Positions 1 to 11,200 of a stretch of DNA of 64,000 nucleotides are shown here, piece by piece. The position numbers were made by a program, and so were the translations under genes. How positions within the stretch are numbered: the stretch's first letter is position 1; each line of letters begins with the position of its first letter. The stretch is from Eutreptiella sp. 'Long Island Sound 2002' (taxonomy: Eukaryota > Protista > Euglenida): assembly GCA_964036045.1 (NCBI GenBank), contig OZ038378.1, positions 142,910,001 to 142,974,000 of the forward strand. The letters are read 5' to 3'. Under the pieces are notes generated by a model. That model did no database searches. It was given only the letters and a program-made list of their open reading frames with translations, and had not been told where the DNA came from.

Positions 1-89
1 AGGACATGTGTCTGACATTGGGAAGGAGGACTGCTGAAATTGGGCCCCGTGCAACAAGTTTCCTGCGGTGTTGACTAAAAGAATGTTGA

Positions 90-488
90 ATGTTTTTGGT
101 TCCTGACGCCCATCATTGCTGGCCTAATTTCTGGCACCAAAAAGCCATATTGCGCCTGGATGACAGACGCATCTCAAAAATACACACTTTCCCAGCAAAA
201 ATTGCAAAATTGGGTGACCATATGCCATTACATACTGTCTTTGGAGTGATTCTTTGCGGATTAAGAAAACATACAAATAGGGGGTCCGTCTCATCACTGC
301 GTTATGCACTGAGCTTTCTGGATGCCTACCTGTTCCATGACAAGGGCTCACTATTGTCAGGGGACACAAGCAAAGGGACCGCAAAGATCATTCTCGATGA
401 ACTCAGACACAAGAACCCCTGTTTGTCTTGCCCCCTTTTCGTTTACGAACAGGGGATCACTATTTCTGTGTGTGTACAGATTTGTTGA
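90..488 (+). pseudogene. ORF fragment, possibly the N-terminal part of the integrase gene at 4256-5485
   Basis: AT-richer composition like 4256-5485. The peptide GSVSSLRYALSFLDAYLF resembles an integrase N-terminal helix. No TSD found, so the link is inferred. Confidence 0.3.
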
Positions 489-515
489 AAATTTATTGTG
501 TTTTTGTGAAGCAGC

Positions 516-1220
516 ATGCAGGTCTTTCGCTCCCTGTTTAAGAGTGCGTCGTCTGGGGCCCCAGACCAAGGAGCTTCGGGCTCTGGAGCGGAAGCGCCGG
601 TGCAAGACACCAGCCAGATGTCGCCTGAGGAGCTGCGCGCGTTGCTGCAGTCCCAGCAAGAGGCGATCGGGCACCTACAAGCACGGTTGGAGAGCCTGGC
701 CGTCGCGGAGAGAAATTCAGTGCCGGACTTGACCGCAGAGGCAGTGGAGCAGATGCTGGGGGGCGACAAAGTAGCCAGTTGGATGCGCCAGTCCGGTGAG
801 GCGCTGCGGGACTACGTTAGAAGCGCAAGTGCAGCACCGGCCAGGCCGTCCGACGTGATGGGCAATGCGTTGGAATTCCCGAGGGGCGACAGGCTGGCCT
901 ACAGGATTTGGGGTATCATCCTTGACTCCCAGCAGGCGTACGCCCAGAGGTTCGCGCCGGAGTCCAGCAGTCGGGCGGACCCGTCCAACCCGCTGGATGC
1001 CATGAGCTGGCCAGATGCGGTCAAAAACGGGGGGCCATCCTTTAAGTATAAGGGCATCGACTTCGCTATGCGACAAGGCGTCCTTCATTGGATGACGAAG
1101 AAAGGAAGGTGGGTACCAATATCCGCCCGCCCGTCTGGCGACTGCCAGAGATGCGCCAAAGAGGGCGTCCCATCAGAGCAGTTGCGGCACTGGCATTTCC
1201 AGTGTCCACACTGGTCCTGA
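516..1220 (+). CDS. gag-like ORF1 (coiled coil, C-terminal Cys/His cluster)
   Basis: 234 aa ATG ORF in first position. Heptad segment EELRALLQSQQEAIGHLQARLESL; C-terminus CQRC...HWHFQCPHW. Confidence 0.65.
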   Translation: MQVFRSLFKSASSGAPDQGASGSGAEAPVQDTSQMSPEELRALLQSQQEAIGHLQARLESLAVAERNSVPDLTAEAVEQMLGGDKVASWMRQSGEALRDYVRSASAAPARPSDVMGNALEFPRGDRLAYRIWGIILDSQQAYAQRFAPESSSRADPSNPLDAMSWPDAVKNGGPSFKYKGIDFAMRQGVLHWMTKKGRWVPISARPSGDCQRCAKEGVPSEQLRHWHFQCPHWS

Positions 1221-1361
1221 CGGGACTGTCGCCACTGCGAAAGGGCGGGGTGGGGATGGCCGTGTTGGTGTGAAGATTCCCAACCCGCGCGTCCAGTCCC
1301 CACCCGAGAGGCCTTACCTGCTGCCAGAGCGACCTTCAGCGCGGGGGCGGCGGGGTGGGCA

Positions 1362-2951
1362 ATGGCGATGGCGGCTGTTGGATCGTTTAGGGTGGCGGCC
1401 GTGGGCGTTCGGGGCTGGGCCCCAAAAACGCAAGCCCGATACCGTTCCGCCCTGTCCGCGGTGGCGAGGTATGAGGGAACCAAGGCTTTGCGGACGCCGC
1501 TTTCTGACACGTTATCTGACTTCTTGGCGTCAAGGGTCTCTGTGGGGCAGGCCAGATCCACCCTCAGGGGTTATGTGTCCGCGACTCGAGCGGCGGAAGA
1601 TATCAGGCTGCTCCCGGGCTGTGTTCAGGCCATCCACTGGAGACTTGCAAAGTCTGGAAAACCGACACCGGGACAGCCATACCTGGGACCGGAGGGTCTC
1701 AGCCTCCTGTGGGCCAGAGCGGCCTCACCGGTTGAACAGGCAGTGGCGGCGTTGGCGAACCTCAGTTGGCTTCTCTTCTTGCGGGTCTCTGAAGCGGTGT
1801 CCATCACGCCAGCGGGACTGGCAAGCGATTCCGTGGTCCTGTTCGTCACTACCAAGGTTGGAGGCCACAGGGAAGTGCGGCGCCCGCTTTATGAGTGGGG
1901 ACGCTCGTGGGTCCGGTTCCTTAGATCCTACGCCGCGGCAAGCTGCGTCCCGGAGGGTCAACCGTTGGTTAGGGGAGGGGTTGAGGCAGTGGAGAAGATC
2001 TTCGCAGACCTCCTCCGTGATTCCCCGTATAGTGACCATCGGTGGCATTCCCTGCGGCGGGGGGGCGCTGCGGCCGCCTGCCACCGCTCTCCAAATGTGG
2101 CCTATTTCGTTTGGTGGGGGAGGTGGAAACGGCTGGCCACGGCGTTGGAGTACGCTCTGGGCTACTCTGACCCTGCGGTGGTTGGGGCTTTGGTGCTTCC
2201 ATGGCCTGTGGGTGGCCAGGCTCCTGGTGAGCGGTTGGCTGTGCTGCTGGCCGACCTGTGGGGTGACCCCATGTATGCTAATCCCGAAAGGAAGTCCCCG
2301 AAGGCGTCGCTGGAAATCGCTGCCCCGCTGCCTGCGGGGCCTGGGGTATCTCTTCCTGATATGGATGTGGCGCCGCATCAAGGGGAAATGGAAGACGTGG
2401 AGTCTGATTCGGATTCTTCGTCCGTCCCCTCGGAGTCTTCGGCCTCCGCCGTGTCCGCAGCAAGCGCTTGGGGCTCCCCCGCGGAGCCCGCACCGCCCGA
2501 TGGTCCGGGGGAACGTCCTCCACAATTCACGCTGGGAACCGGACCTCGGGTCGGGGGCGGCAAGAGGAAGCTGCGATCTAAGGGAGCCGGCAACACACCC
2601 AGAAGTGGCGCAGCAGAGGTCGACGGCGACGGTAAACCGAGGCCCAAGCGGCGAGTCGTTGGTCTGGGCGGTTCCATATCTGTCCAGCGGCATCATGCGG
2701 CGAGCGCGAAGGTGGGCCTGGGTAATGCAAAAGCCAGACGGCCTGCCTCCAAGAGGAGGCATCCTGATGGGCCTCCTGTCGGGCCTGCCAGCAAAGTGGC
2801 TGTGCGTTCCCCACCGGAGAATCAGGGCCAAGGCGGCAGTGCAGCGGCAGGCAGACGCGGGGGGGGGGGTCGCCTGGAAATTCGCCCCCCGTGGGGGCGA
2901 TTCGCGAAACCCCATCTGCCTGTGACGAGCCTGTTGGTGGCCCAGTGCTGA
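1362..2951 (+). CDS. Tyrosine recombinase of the DIRS-like element with low-complexity C-terminal tail
   Basis: Motifs WAPKTQARY, LFLRVSEA (R), TTKVGG (K), HSLRRGGA (HxxR), GRW and ALEYA (Y). The frame is open upstream to 1221. Confidence 0.9.
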   Translation: MAMAAVGSFRVAAVGVRGWAPKTQARYRSALSAVARYEGTKALRTPLSDTLSDFLASRVSVGQARSTLRGYVSATRAAEDIRLLPGCVQAIHWRLAKSGKPTPGQPYLGPEGLSLLWARAASPVEQAVAALANLSWLLFLRVSEAVSITPAGLASDSVVLFVTTKVGGHREVRRPLYEWGRSWVRFLRSYAAASCVPEGQPLVRGGVEAVEKIFADLLRDSPYSDHRWHSLRRGGAAAACHRSPNVAYFVWWGRWKRLATALEYALGYSDPAVVGALVLPWPVGGQAPGERLAVLLADLWGDPMYANPERKSPKASLEIAAPLPAGPGVSLPDMDVAPHQGEMEDVESDSDSSSVPSESSASAVSAASAWGSPAEPAPPDGPGERPPQFTLGTGPRVGGGKRKLRSKGAGNTPRSGAAEVDGDGKPRPKRRVVGLGGSISVQRHHAASAKVGLGNAKARRPASKRRHPDGPPVGPASKVAVRSPPENQGQGGSAAAGRRGGGGRLEIRPPWGRFAKPHLPVTSLLVAQC

Positions 2952-4254
2952 GTTCAGCGCAGGGATCACTGCAGGTTATAACATTGGCGGATGGGGGGCC
3001 CCGCCCTCTGACCAGGGCAGACCTGTTGTATGAGCGTTCGGAACCAGTTTCATTATTTGTACAGTTTTTGCAGGCCTTCTTTACGTTCTTACCGTGGCTT
3101 CACGAGGCACTGTCTTGCGGGGTTCTGCTTCTCATGAAGCGACTCCATTTGTTTGTGCTTCGCTTGTTTGTGACGTGTGAGGACTACCGTTTGCGGTCAG
3201 CGCCGGATATAATCTTTAACGCGCTGTCGGAATTTACCGCTGAGTCTTGGCAGGCTCTTTTGCATTTGTCTACGTCGCCAGTGCCGCAGGTGGGCAGGAT
3301 GGACCCGAAGCTGGTGGAGAGGGGTTTAGGGGCGGTGGGGGACTACACGATTTCCGATGATCTGTGGTGTGAGTTGGCCCCCCCTGATTTTGAGGCGTCT
3401 GTGTCCGATTTTCACTTGGAGAGAGAAAGTCACTCGTCTAATAGGGAGGCTTTGGTGCGGCCCATGGTTGAATGGTTATTGCGTGAGGGGATAGTTACCA
3501 TTATGGATGAGGATTGCCCTTTGAGGGCGACATGCTGGCCGTTTGTGATCCCGAAGTCCACAGAAAAAGTGTCCCTTATATTTAATCTCGTTGAGTTCAA
3601 TGAGAGCTTACATAAGCCACTGTCTTTCTCGTTGGATGGTTGGGAGCAAATCTCCAAGAAGTTGGCGGATTGGCCGGCCGATAGGCCGTTGTTTTGTACG
3701 CACGTGGACCTTAAAAACGCCTTTTGGAGTTTTAAGTTGCCAAGACGACACGAGAGAGCCTTTCGGTTCCGGATGCGTTGGGAAGGTGTGGAGAGGGTGT
3801 TTTGTATGTCGCGGATGCCATTTGGTTGAAACATTCCCCGTTGTTCTGTCAGACAGCGTTGGGAAGGATAGCGCGACCCTTGATCCCGGAGGGATACACC
3901 CTCTTCCATTATTTAGATGATTTTTTGATTTTGGGGCCAGATCCAGCGCGTTTGCGTGTTGTGACTGCTCGCGTGGTCAGGGCGCTAGAGGAGGCTGGTT
4001 TTATTGTGTCGGGAAAGAGTACGTTGGAGCCGGTTACGGATATATTTTTCCCAGGGAAGTACATCAATTTGGGAGTGCGCACGATCCGCTCACATCCAAG
4101 GGCCTTTCTCCAGATGTTCAACATTTGGCTCAGGCTGGCCACGAGGTCCAGGCCTTCTTCCCGGTTACTTTCCAAGGCATTGGGCTTCATCCATTGGCAC
4201 TTTCGACCCCGTCCGGGGGGGGGGCCACTGCTCGCGGGAAGCCCCCAGAGGTGA
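2891..4254 (+). pseudogene. DIRS-type reverse transcriptase, frameshifted and truncated
   Basis: Motifs FVIPKSTEK, VDLKNAFW, MPFG then KHSP (apparent 1-nt loss at ~3827 in ggttg[g]aaa) and YLDD at 3910-3921. No RNase H before the junction at ~4250. Confidence 0.9.
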
Positions 4255-4255
4255 A

Positions 4256-5485
4256 TTGATGAATTGCCTTGGTGCTTTGTCCTTTGTGATCAAGTATGAC
4301 ATCTGTAGCGCATACATAAATTATCGTGAACATGGTCGCTGCTCAAGTGCACCACTCAGCAAGCATATATGCATCCTCAATGCTATATTTGTAGACACAC
4401 TCAAAGCATTCAGGTGCCGAATAGTCACAGATGACTGTGGTGTATACAGTCGAAAGAGAAGAAGGCAGTCTTATGGCACCACAGGATCAACACATTTTAA
4501 CCTGTCCAGTTGCCCATCTGAAATGTTTGATGTCCAAAAAGCGCAGGTAATGGAAACAATGGATCTTTCAAACAGGTAGATTTCAAAGCCGAGAACAACT
4601 GACATACACACATTCAACAGCAGGGAATTCTGATCCCTATATTTGTCATCTGAAACCCTATTGGATAAACTTCTACTGTGTTCTCTCTTCGGAACAGGAA
4701 TGCGGATTGGTGCATTTTGCAGGTTGCAGAGGGGGGTACAGATTGTGAAGGAAGGCGACACGTTGAACACAAGAGAAAAGGGTGGAAAAGTGGTGGCCTA
4801 TAGGCTGTCGAGAATAATGGCCACTCTTCTAAATGAATGGATCAGTGGAGGCAATGCTGGCGACAGCTACACCTTCCCCCATGCTACTCACAAAACTCTG
4901 CACGTTCAGCCACGTCACATGAGGAAAGAATTTATGTTGATTGCAGGCCGAGCAGGTGTATGTGGGCCACATGTCCATCCGCACACAACTCGCCACACGG
5001 TCATATGGACACTCTGGGCTCTCAGTAACCCGGTTGAGATCATATCTAAATTTTTGCACCACAGTCAGTCATCGACTACCATGGAGCGTTACATCAGACC
5101 AACCGATGAGGAGATACAGTGCACCATCAACATGCCTTGGATTGGTATTAAGAGGAATGACAAGGACAACAAAACAAAAGCGATGGAACTGTCACTGGCA
5201 CTTGCTAGTCCCTTCGAGTCACAGGACGGTAAAACGTTTCCTCAAGCCCTTGAACAATACAGGAACTCACAGAAAATGGTCGCCAATCACCAACAAACGC
5301 AGATTTGCAGCAAAGGTGTACACTTCACCTTACCTGTATCCCACACGAATGTCAATCCCGTGGCAGGGCACTACACAGAGATGATGTCTGAAAAGAAACG
5401 GAGAAGAGAAGAGGGGAAGCACCTCATGCGCAAAATGATATCTGACCTTGAAAAGATCGGGAACAAGAGGCAGTGGGTTCTGTAA
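4256..5485 (+). pseudogene. XerC/D-like (phage/giant-virus type) tyrosine recombinase with two in-frame stops
   Basis: Motifs GTGMRIG, EKGGK, HPHTTRHT and KFLHHS...TTMERY. One frame runs from ~4256 with TAG at 4577-4579 and TGA at 4631-4633. Confidence 0.85.
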
Positions 5486-5599
5486 TCACCAATTTTCCCT
5501 GTCAACAACACGGTTTAGGGCTAGGGGTAACATAGGCGAAGGTTGACATTTTGTCTTCGCTCTCGGTGTCTACACACAGTTCATGGTGTCCAACATCAC

Positions 5600-6270
5600 T
5601 CTTATATCCACATCCAACGGATAAAACTAGAAGGGAAACAAAGGGGAAGGGAAGGAATGCAAACGGATAGAGTTAAAGCACACTATGTCACAATACATAT
5701 GAAGCAGTAGGTGGTATGACGCGCTCATTTGTTTCTGTAAACAATACCTGCAAATATTTCTCAAATTGATGAATTCGATAGAATTACGTATCCTCACGCT
5801 TTTTACAGATTTCGAGCCGATCAGCAAGATTTCTTGTATTGTGACTCAAAACAACAGGCCAATATGGGATGGTGTCAGGACCGTACGCCTTCTCAATGTT
5901 TGGATACGCAAACAGACCTTCAAAGTATCGATTTCCTCTTGTTGGAGATATGTGAAGTTTTTTTTGTTTGCTCACACCGCGGACAATCTGTATGGAAAAT
6001 CTACAAGGGTGTACACAAGTGTAAACCAGATAAGTGAGTACCCGATTGCATGCTATATAACCCACGCATAGAGTATATGTGGCTTTTCCCTTGGTCTTCG
6101 GAGATATTTTATCACATAAGGAGTCAAAGCACATAGCAGTGCACACACAATCAGCAGTATGCCTAGAGGCACCAGGAAGCACATAATGCCCACGGGTTTA
6201 TTCAAAGCCCTTCGCAGGATGAAAGAATTCCGAGGTAGAAGATAAGCTAGAGCTGCCCCATCACCCACAA
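5600..6270 (-). pseudogene. Degenerate fragment of a putative multi-pass membrane protein
   Basis: Hydrophobic stretches (GIMCFLVPLGILLIVCALLCAL; AIGYSLIWFTLVYTL) are interrupted by stops. Family not recognised. Confidence 0.25.
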
Positions 6271-6289
6271 GTAGGCGGTGTGGTAGGGA

Positions 6290-6460
6290 CTTGGGCTGGG
6301 GCTGGGGCTAGGGCACTTTCTGGGGCGGGGCTCGGGCTAGGGTTGGAGTTGTTTGGTTAGGGCTGCGGCCGGGGCCGAGGTTGGGGATGGGGCTAGGGTA
6401 GGTGAAGGGAATGGGTCAAGGGTTGGGGCCGGAAACGGGGCTATGGCTGGGCCTCGGGCT
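6290..6460 (+). repeat. Degenerate (GGGCTR/GGGTTR)n hexamer tract
   Basis: Run of ggggct, gggcta and gggttg variants. Confidence 0.7.
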
Positions 6461-7599
6461 GGTTGGTCGCTCGGTCTGTGGGTGGGATGCGTACTTGAGT
6501 CCCGCCTCCCTTCTGAGTGCAGCGCGTCTCGGTACGCACCCTTTACTCACTTGCTTTTGTACCTTATTGCTACAACTCTGATTTCCGTGTTGCTTTCTTT
6601 CATTGATTCCCTTTGTGGGCAAAAGACCTAAGCCGTGCTGCTGCATTCGTCAATGCCCTCCGCGACCAACAGACGGATTGGGGTGCCCACGAGCCCCCGG
6701 CTGTGCTCCGAGTCCCACTCCACACCAACGGCCATCTTGGAGCCCGGCACTCCCAGCCCGTATACATACATGCAAAAAGTCTACTTAGTACTACGTTCAC
6801 AATGCCATACCTGGCATGCGTGAACCGTAGCACAACGTGCCTCGTCAAACTCAAGATCATCACCCACTCCCCAAACTCCAACAAGTCAATGTGTTGGCCA
6901 ATCCATCATCTCTTCTTGTACCCGTTGATGACCACCTGCTTAAACGGACACCCAACCATCTTGCCAAGATCCATAGCGAGCAGCAGGACCAGGGTGGGCG
7001 CCCGAAACCATGTGTTGTCGTTATTGTGCTCCGCTACATGGTAGCCTTCTCCTTTTACCACCATTCCCCTTCTCCTCCCCTTGTTACTCATCATCACGGC
7101 ATCGGCCCTCTGATAGGCAGCCCGGGATGGACCAGTAGTGGCTGACAATGACAATGGTGTGTGCCAATGCCGTTGAAGGTATGGGATTTGCAGAATCCAT
7201 CCACCCGCCCCATTGTTGGTTTTTGGCAAGGGCAAGAAGTAGAAACGAGGATTAAAGGAGAGGGCTGAAACCGAGTGTTTGTGTTCGGCATGAATAGTGT
7301 TGGGCCATGCATGCCGGGGAATTACCCGTGCGGAACATAAATGTGTCGCATTTGGGAGGCCACAAATGTAATCTCTGTGGGCCATTCGTCAACAACCCAT
7401 GAATGGGCCGGCAAAGACGTTGTCACCTCTGTGTACCCCGCTTGGCAAATATTCATGGAACTTCGCAAAAGCTTGTGATGCCCCAAGAATACACAATGGA
7501 ATCATGACATATTGCATGGCCACCCATTGCGAGGCTAAGAGCTGTCATTTCGCCCACAAACACACTTATGTTGTGTAGTCTCTTACATTTGACCCACTG

Positions 7600-7770
7600 G
7601 TTGGTGATGCGGTGAACGAAGTTCCCCGCGGGCTCCCATTGTTCCCCACCATGGCCTTGAAGCTTACCGCTCCACTTCATTACTTCATACCGCCCGGTAT
7701 TGAACGCCGGCAGTCGAGTAATGCACTCAAAGACCCAGTGGTCGTCCTCAACAAAGACGAGTAGCAGGAC
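7600..7770 (-). pseudogene. Frameshifted chromodomain, repeated once per unit (~9930, ~12285, ~14635)
   Basis: Frame-joined reading HWVFECI-LDCRRSIPGGMK-MKWSGKLQGHGGEQWEPAGNF matches the chromodomain pattern VE.IL..R...Y.VKW.G...WEP..N. Confidence 0.55.
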
Positions 7771-8237
7771 CAGGGTGGGCGCCCGAAACCATGTGTCATC
7801 ATTATTGTGCTCCGATGTAGGCTGGTACGCCGTGCGGGGAGGGAGCGGGAGCGCCGCCGTTTGCGGGACCGGGCCTCGTCGCTTGAGTCGGGCCAGTCAG
7901 GAGGTGTCGGCGGGTCTTGGGGGGCCTCGCGTGGTGCCGGCTGGTACTGGGGGGGGGGGGGGAAGTCCCCCGCCCTCCATTGATCCGCCACGTAGGGGTG
8001 CGGTGGCGGCAGCGGCTGGTGGTACGGGTCGAGTGACTGTCCCTGGTGGGGTTGGGCCCGGGGGGCCCCTTCGGCGTGGACGTGGTGGCCGGGGGGATAC
8101 GGTGCCTGGTACGGGGGGGGTGGCTCCTGGTGGTAGGTTGGGTAAGGGGGTGGAGCGCCTGGTGGCTGCCATCCCATACGCTTCCCTTCTTCTTTTAGCA
8201 CCATGCCCCCTCTCCTCCTTTCGTTACCCATCATCAT
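7680..8237 (-). CDS. Pro/Tyr/His-rich ORF with basic RKRRRSRS motif (continuous only in unit 1)
   Basis: 185 aa ORF. In units 2-4 a poly-G length difference splits it into two frames. Confidence 0.35.
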   Translation of the reverse strand: MMMGNERRRGGMVLKEEGKRMGWQPPGAPPPYPTYHQEPPPPYQAPYPPGHHVHAEGAPRAQPHQGQSLDPYHQPLPPPHPYVADQWRAGDFPPPPQYQPAPREAPQDPPTPPDWPDSSDEARSRKRRRSRSLPARRTSLHRSTIMMTHGFGRPPWSCYSSLLRTTTGSLSALLDCRRSIPGGMK

Positions 8238-11200
8238 GGCATTAGCCCTCTGATAAGCAGCCCGGGCTGGACCAGTAGTGGCTTACACGAGCGGTGTTCG
8301 AAGGTTGCGCCTGGGGGACTACGCAACCGCGGGCATTTTTTTTGCATCAGAATTCCTAACTGCGGTTTCATTGGTCACCTTCCCCGCGCCCCCCAATCCA
8401 CGGTGTGACTTTAGGGTAGTCTCCGGTGCCGCGGCATTGTTTGAACAAGCTGCTAAGAAAAAAGAGGTTTCGGCCTGCTAACTCCTTGGGTTGGCACCCC
8501 ATTACCACACTTGGCTGTGCCACATCCCCATCCGGACTACTACCACCCTGCTTTGTAGCCACACCTTTGCCGTACCATAGGTGCGCATCACGGTTATAGC
8601 AGGAGGGTGAAGGACCCACAGAGCCCAATCCGGACCCACAGCTCTCGCCCCCCCCCAAAAGTGGACACCCTGGGCCTGCAATTGAAAAGACAAGTTGAGG
8701 GCCCCACATACAAGTAGTGACGCATTGTTAGTTATGTAGACTGTTACAGCGCAAATGTTCAAGTAGTGTTGTGTAGGGTAATCGCAATGCATGACATAGC
8801 GTTTCATAAGAGCCACTAACTATTTCGGGTGTTGTCATGTGTGAGCCCAACAAACAGATTTCTTCGCTGCAAGCACATCACTTTCACCAACTAGCTACGC
8901 CATCTGCTGGTGCCTCCAGTGCCCCCCTGGCACCTCCTTAGCCCAGCCCAATGCCCCCGGATTTTATGTGTAGACGTCCTGTGCCCCATTTCATTGAAAC
9001 CGGAGCATCACCTCAGTCATCATGTCAACGGGGAAGGGCCATGTACGATGCGGGTATGAAATTTATTTCTATACGCCTTGGACGAGGAAAATCTGTTTAA
9101 TGAGACACTTTTTGGCTTGAGGCGTGCCGTGATTCAATATTCTTTTGAATGCGACGGAAACAGACTGGGTTGACCGTAGCACAACGTGCCTCGTCAAACT
9201 CAAGATCATCACCCACTCCCCAAACTCCAACAGGTCAATGTGTCGGCCAATCCATCATCTCTTCTTGTACCCGTTGATGACCACCTGCTTAAACGGACAC
9301 CCAACCATCTTGCTAAGATCCATAGCGAGCAGCAGGACCAGGGTGGGCACCCGAAACCATGTGTTGTCGTTATTGTGCTCCGCTACATGGTAGCCTTCTC
9401 CTTTTACCACCATTCCCCTTCTCCTCCCCTTGTTACTCATCATCACGGCATCGGCCCTCTGATAGGCAGCCCGGGATGGACCAGTAGTGGCTGACAATGA
9501 CAATGGTGTGTGCCAATGCCGTTGAAGGTATGGGATTTGCAGAATCCATCCACCCGCCCCATTGTTGGTTTGTGGCAAGGGCAAGAAGTAGAAACGAGGA
9601 TTAAAGGAGAGGGCTGAAACTGAGTGTTTGTGTTCGGCGCATGCCGGGGAATTACCCGTGCGGAACATAAATGCGTCGCATTTGGGAGGCCACACATGTA
9701 ATCTCTGTGGGCCATTCGTCAACAACCCATGAATGGGCCGGCAAAGACGTTGTCACCTCTGTGTACCCCGCTTGGCTAATATGCATGGAACTTCGCAAAA
9801 GCTTGTGATGCCCCAAGAATACACAATGGAATCATGACATATTGCATGGCCACCCATTGCGAGGCTAAGAGCTGTCATTTCGCCCACAAACACACTTATG
9901 TTGTGTAGTCTCTTACATTTGACCCACTGGTTGGTGATGCGGTGAACGAAGTTCCCCGCGGGCTCCCATTGTTCCCCACCATGGCCTTGAAGCTTACCGC
10001 TCCACTTCATTACTTCATACCGCCCGGTATTGAACGCCGGCAGTCGAGTAATGCACTCAAAGACCCAGTGGTCGTCCTCAACAAAGACGAGTAGCAGGAC
10101 CAGGGTGGGCGCCCGAAACCATGTGTCATCATTATTGTGCTCCGATGTAGGCTGGTACGCCGTGCGGGGAGGGAGCGGGAGCGCCGCCGTTTGCGGGACC
10201 GGGCCTCGTCGCTTGAGTCGGGCCAGTCAGGAGGTGTCGGCGGGTCTTGGGGGGCCTCGCGTGGTGCCGGCTGGTACTGGGGGGGGGGGGGGGGGAGTCC
10301 CCCGCCCTCCATTGATCCGCCACGTAGGGGTGCGGTGGCGGCAGCGGCTGGTGGTACGGGTCGAGTGACTGTCCCTGGTGGGGTTGGGCCCGGGGGGCCC
10401 CTTCGGCGTGGACGTGGTGGCCGGGGGGATACGGTGCCTGGTACGGGGGGGGTGGCTCCTGGTGGTAGGTTGGGTAAGGGGGTGGAGCGCCTGGTGGCTG
10501 CCATCCCATACGCTTCCCTTCTTCTTTTAGCACCATGCCCCCTCTCCTCCTTTCGTTACCCATCATCATGGCATTAGCCCTCTGATAAGCAGCCCGGGCT
10601 GGACCAGTAGTGGCTTACACGAGCGGTGTTCGAAGGTTGCGCCTGGGGGACTACGCAACCGCGGGCATTTTTTTTGCATCAGAATTCCTAACTGCGGTTT
10701 CATTGGTCACCTTCCCCGCGCCCCCCAATCCACGGTGTGACTTTAGGGTAGTCTCCGGTGCCGCGGCATTGTTTGAACAAGCTGCTAAGAAAAAAGAGGT
10801 TTCGGCCTGCTAACTCCTTGGGTTGGCACCCCATTACCACACTTGGCTGTGCCACATCCCCATCCGGACTACTACCACCCTGCTTTGTAGCCACACCTTT
10901 GCCGTACCATAGGTGCGCATCACGGTTATAGCAGGAGGGTGAAGGACCCACAGAGCCCAATCCGGACCCACAGCTCTCGCCCCCCCCCAAAAGTGGACAC
11001 CCTGGGCCTGCAATTGAAAAGACAAGTTGAGGGCCCCACATACAAGTAGTGACGCATTGTTAGTTATGTAGACTGTTACAGCGCAAATGTTCAAGTAGTG
11101 TTGTGTAGGTTAATCGCAATGCATGACATAGCGTTTCATAAGAGCCACTAACTATTTCGGGTGTTGTCATGTGTGAGCCCAACAAACAGATTTCTTCGCT

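Larger units (their letters stand above)
490..4250 (+). mobile_element. DIRS-order tyrosine-recombinase retrotransposon (VIPER/TATE-like gag-YR-RT order), 3'-truncated before RNase H
   Basis: GC-rich block with a gag-like ORF, a YR ORF with full catalytic motifs and a downstream RT. Abrupt switch to AT-richer sequence at ~4250. The left boundary is approximate. Confidence 0.85.

Noticed and set aside
4004-4579. 191-aa ORF as a real gene
   Set aside because: It is a chimera: an alternative frame of the RT runs across the ~4250 junction into the integrase pseudogene frame.
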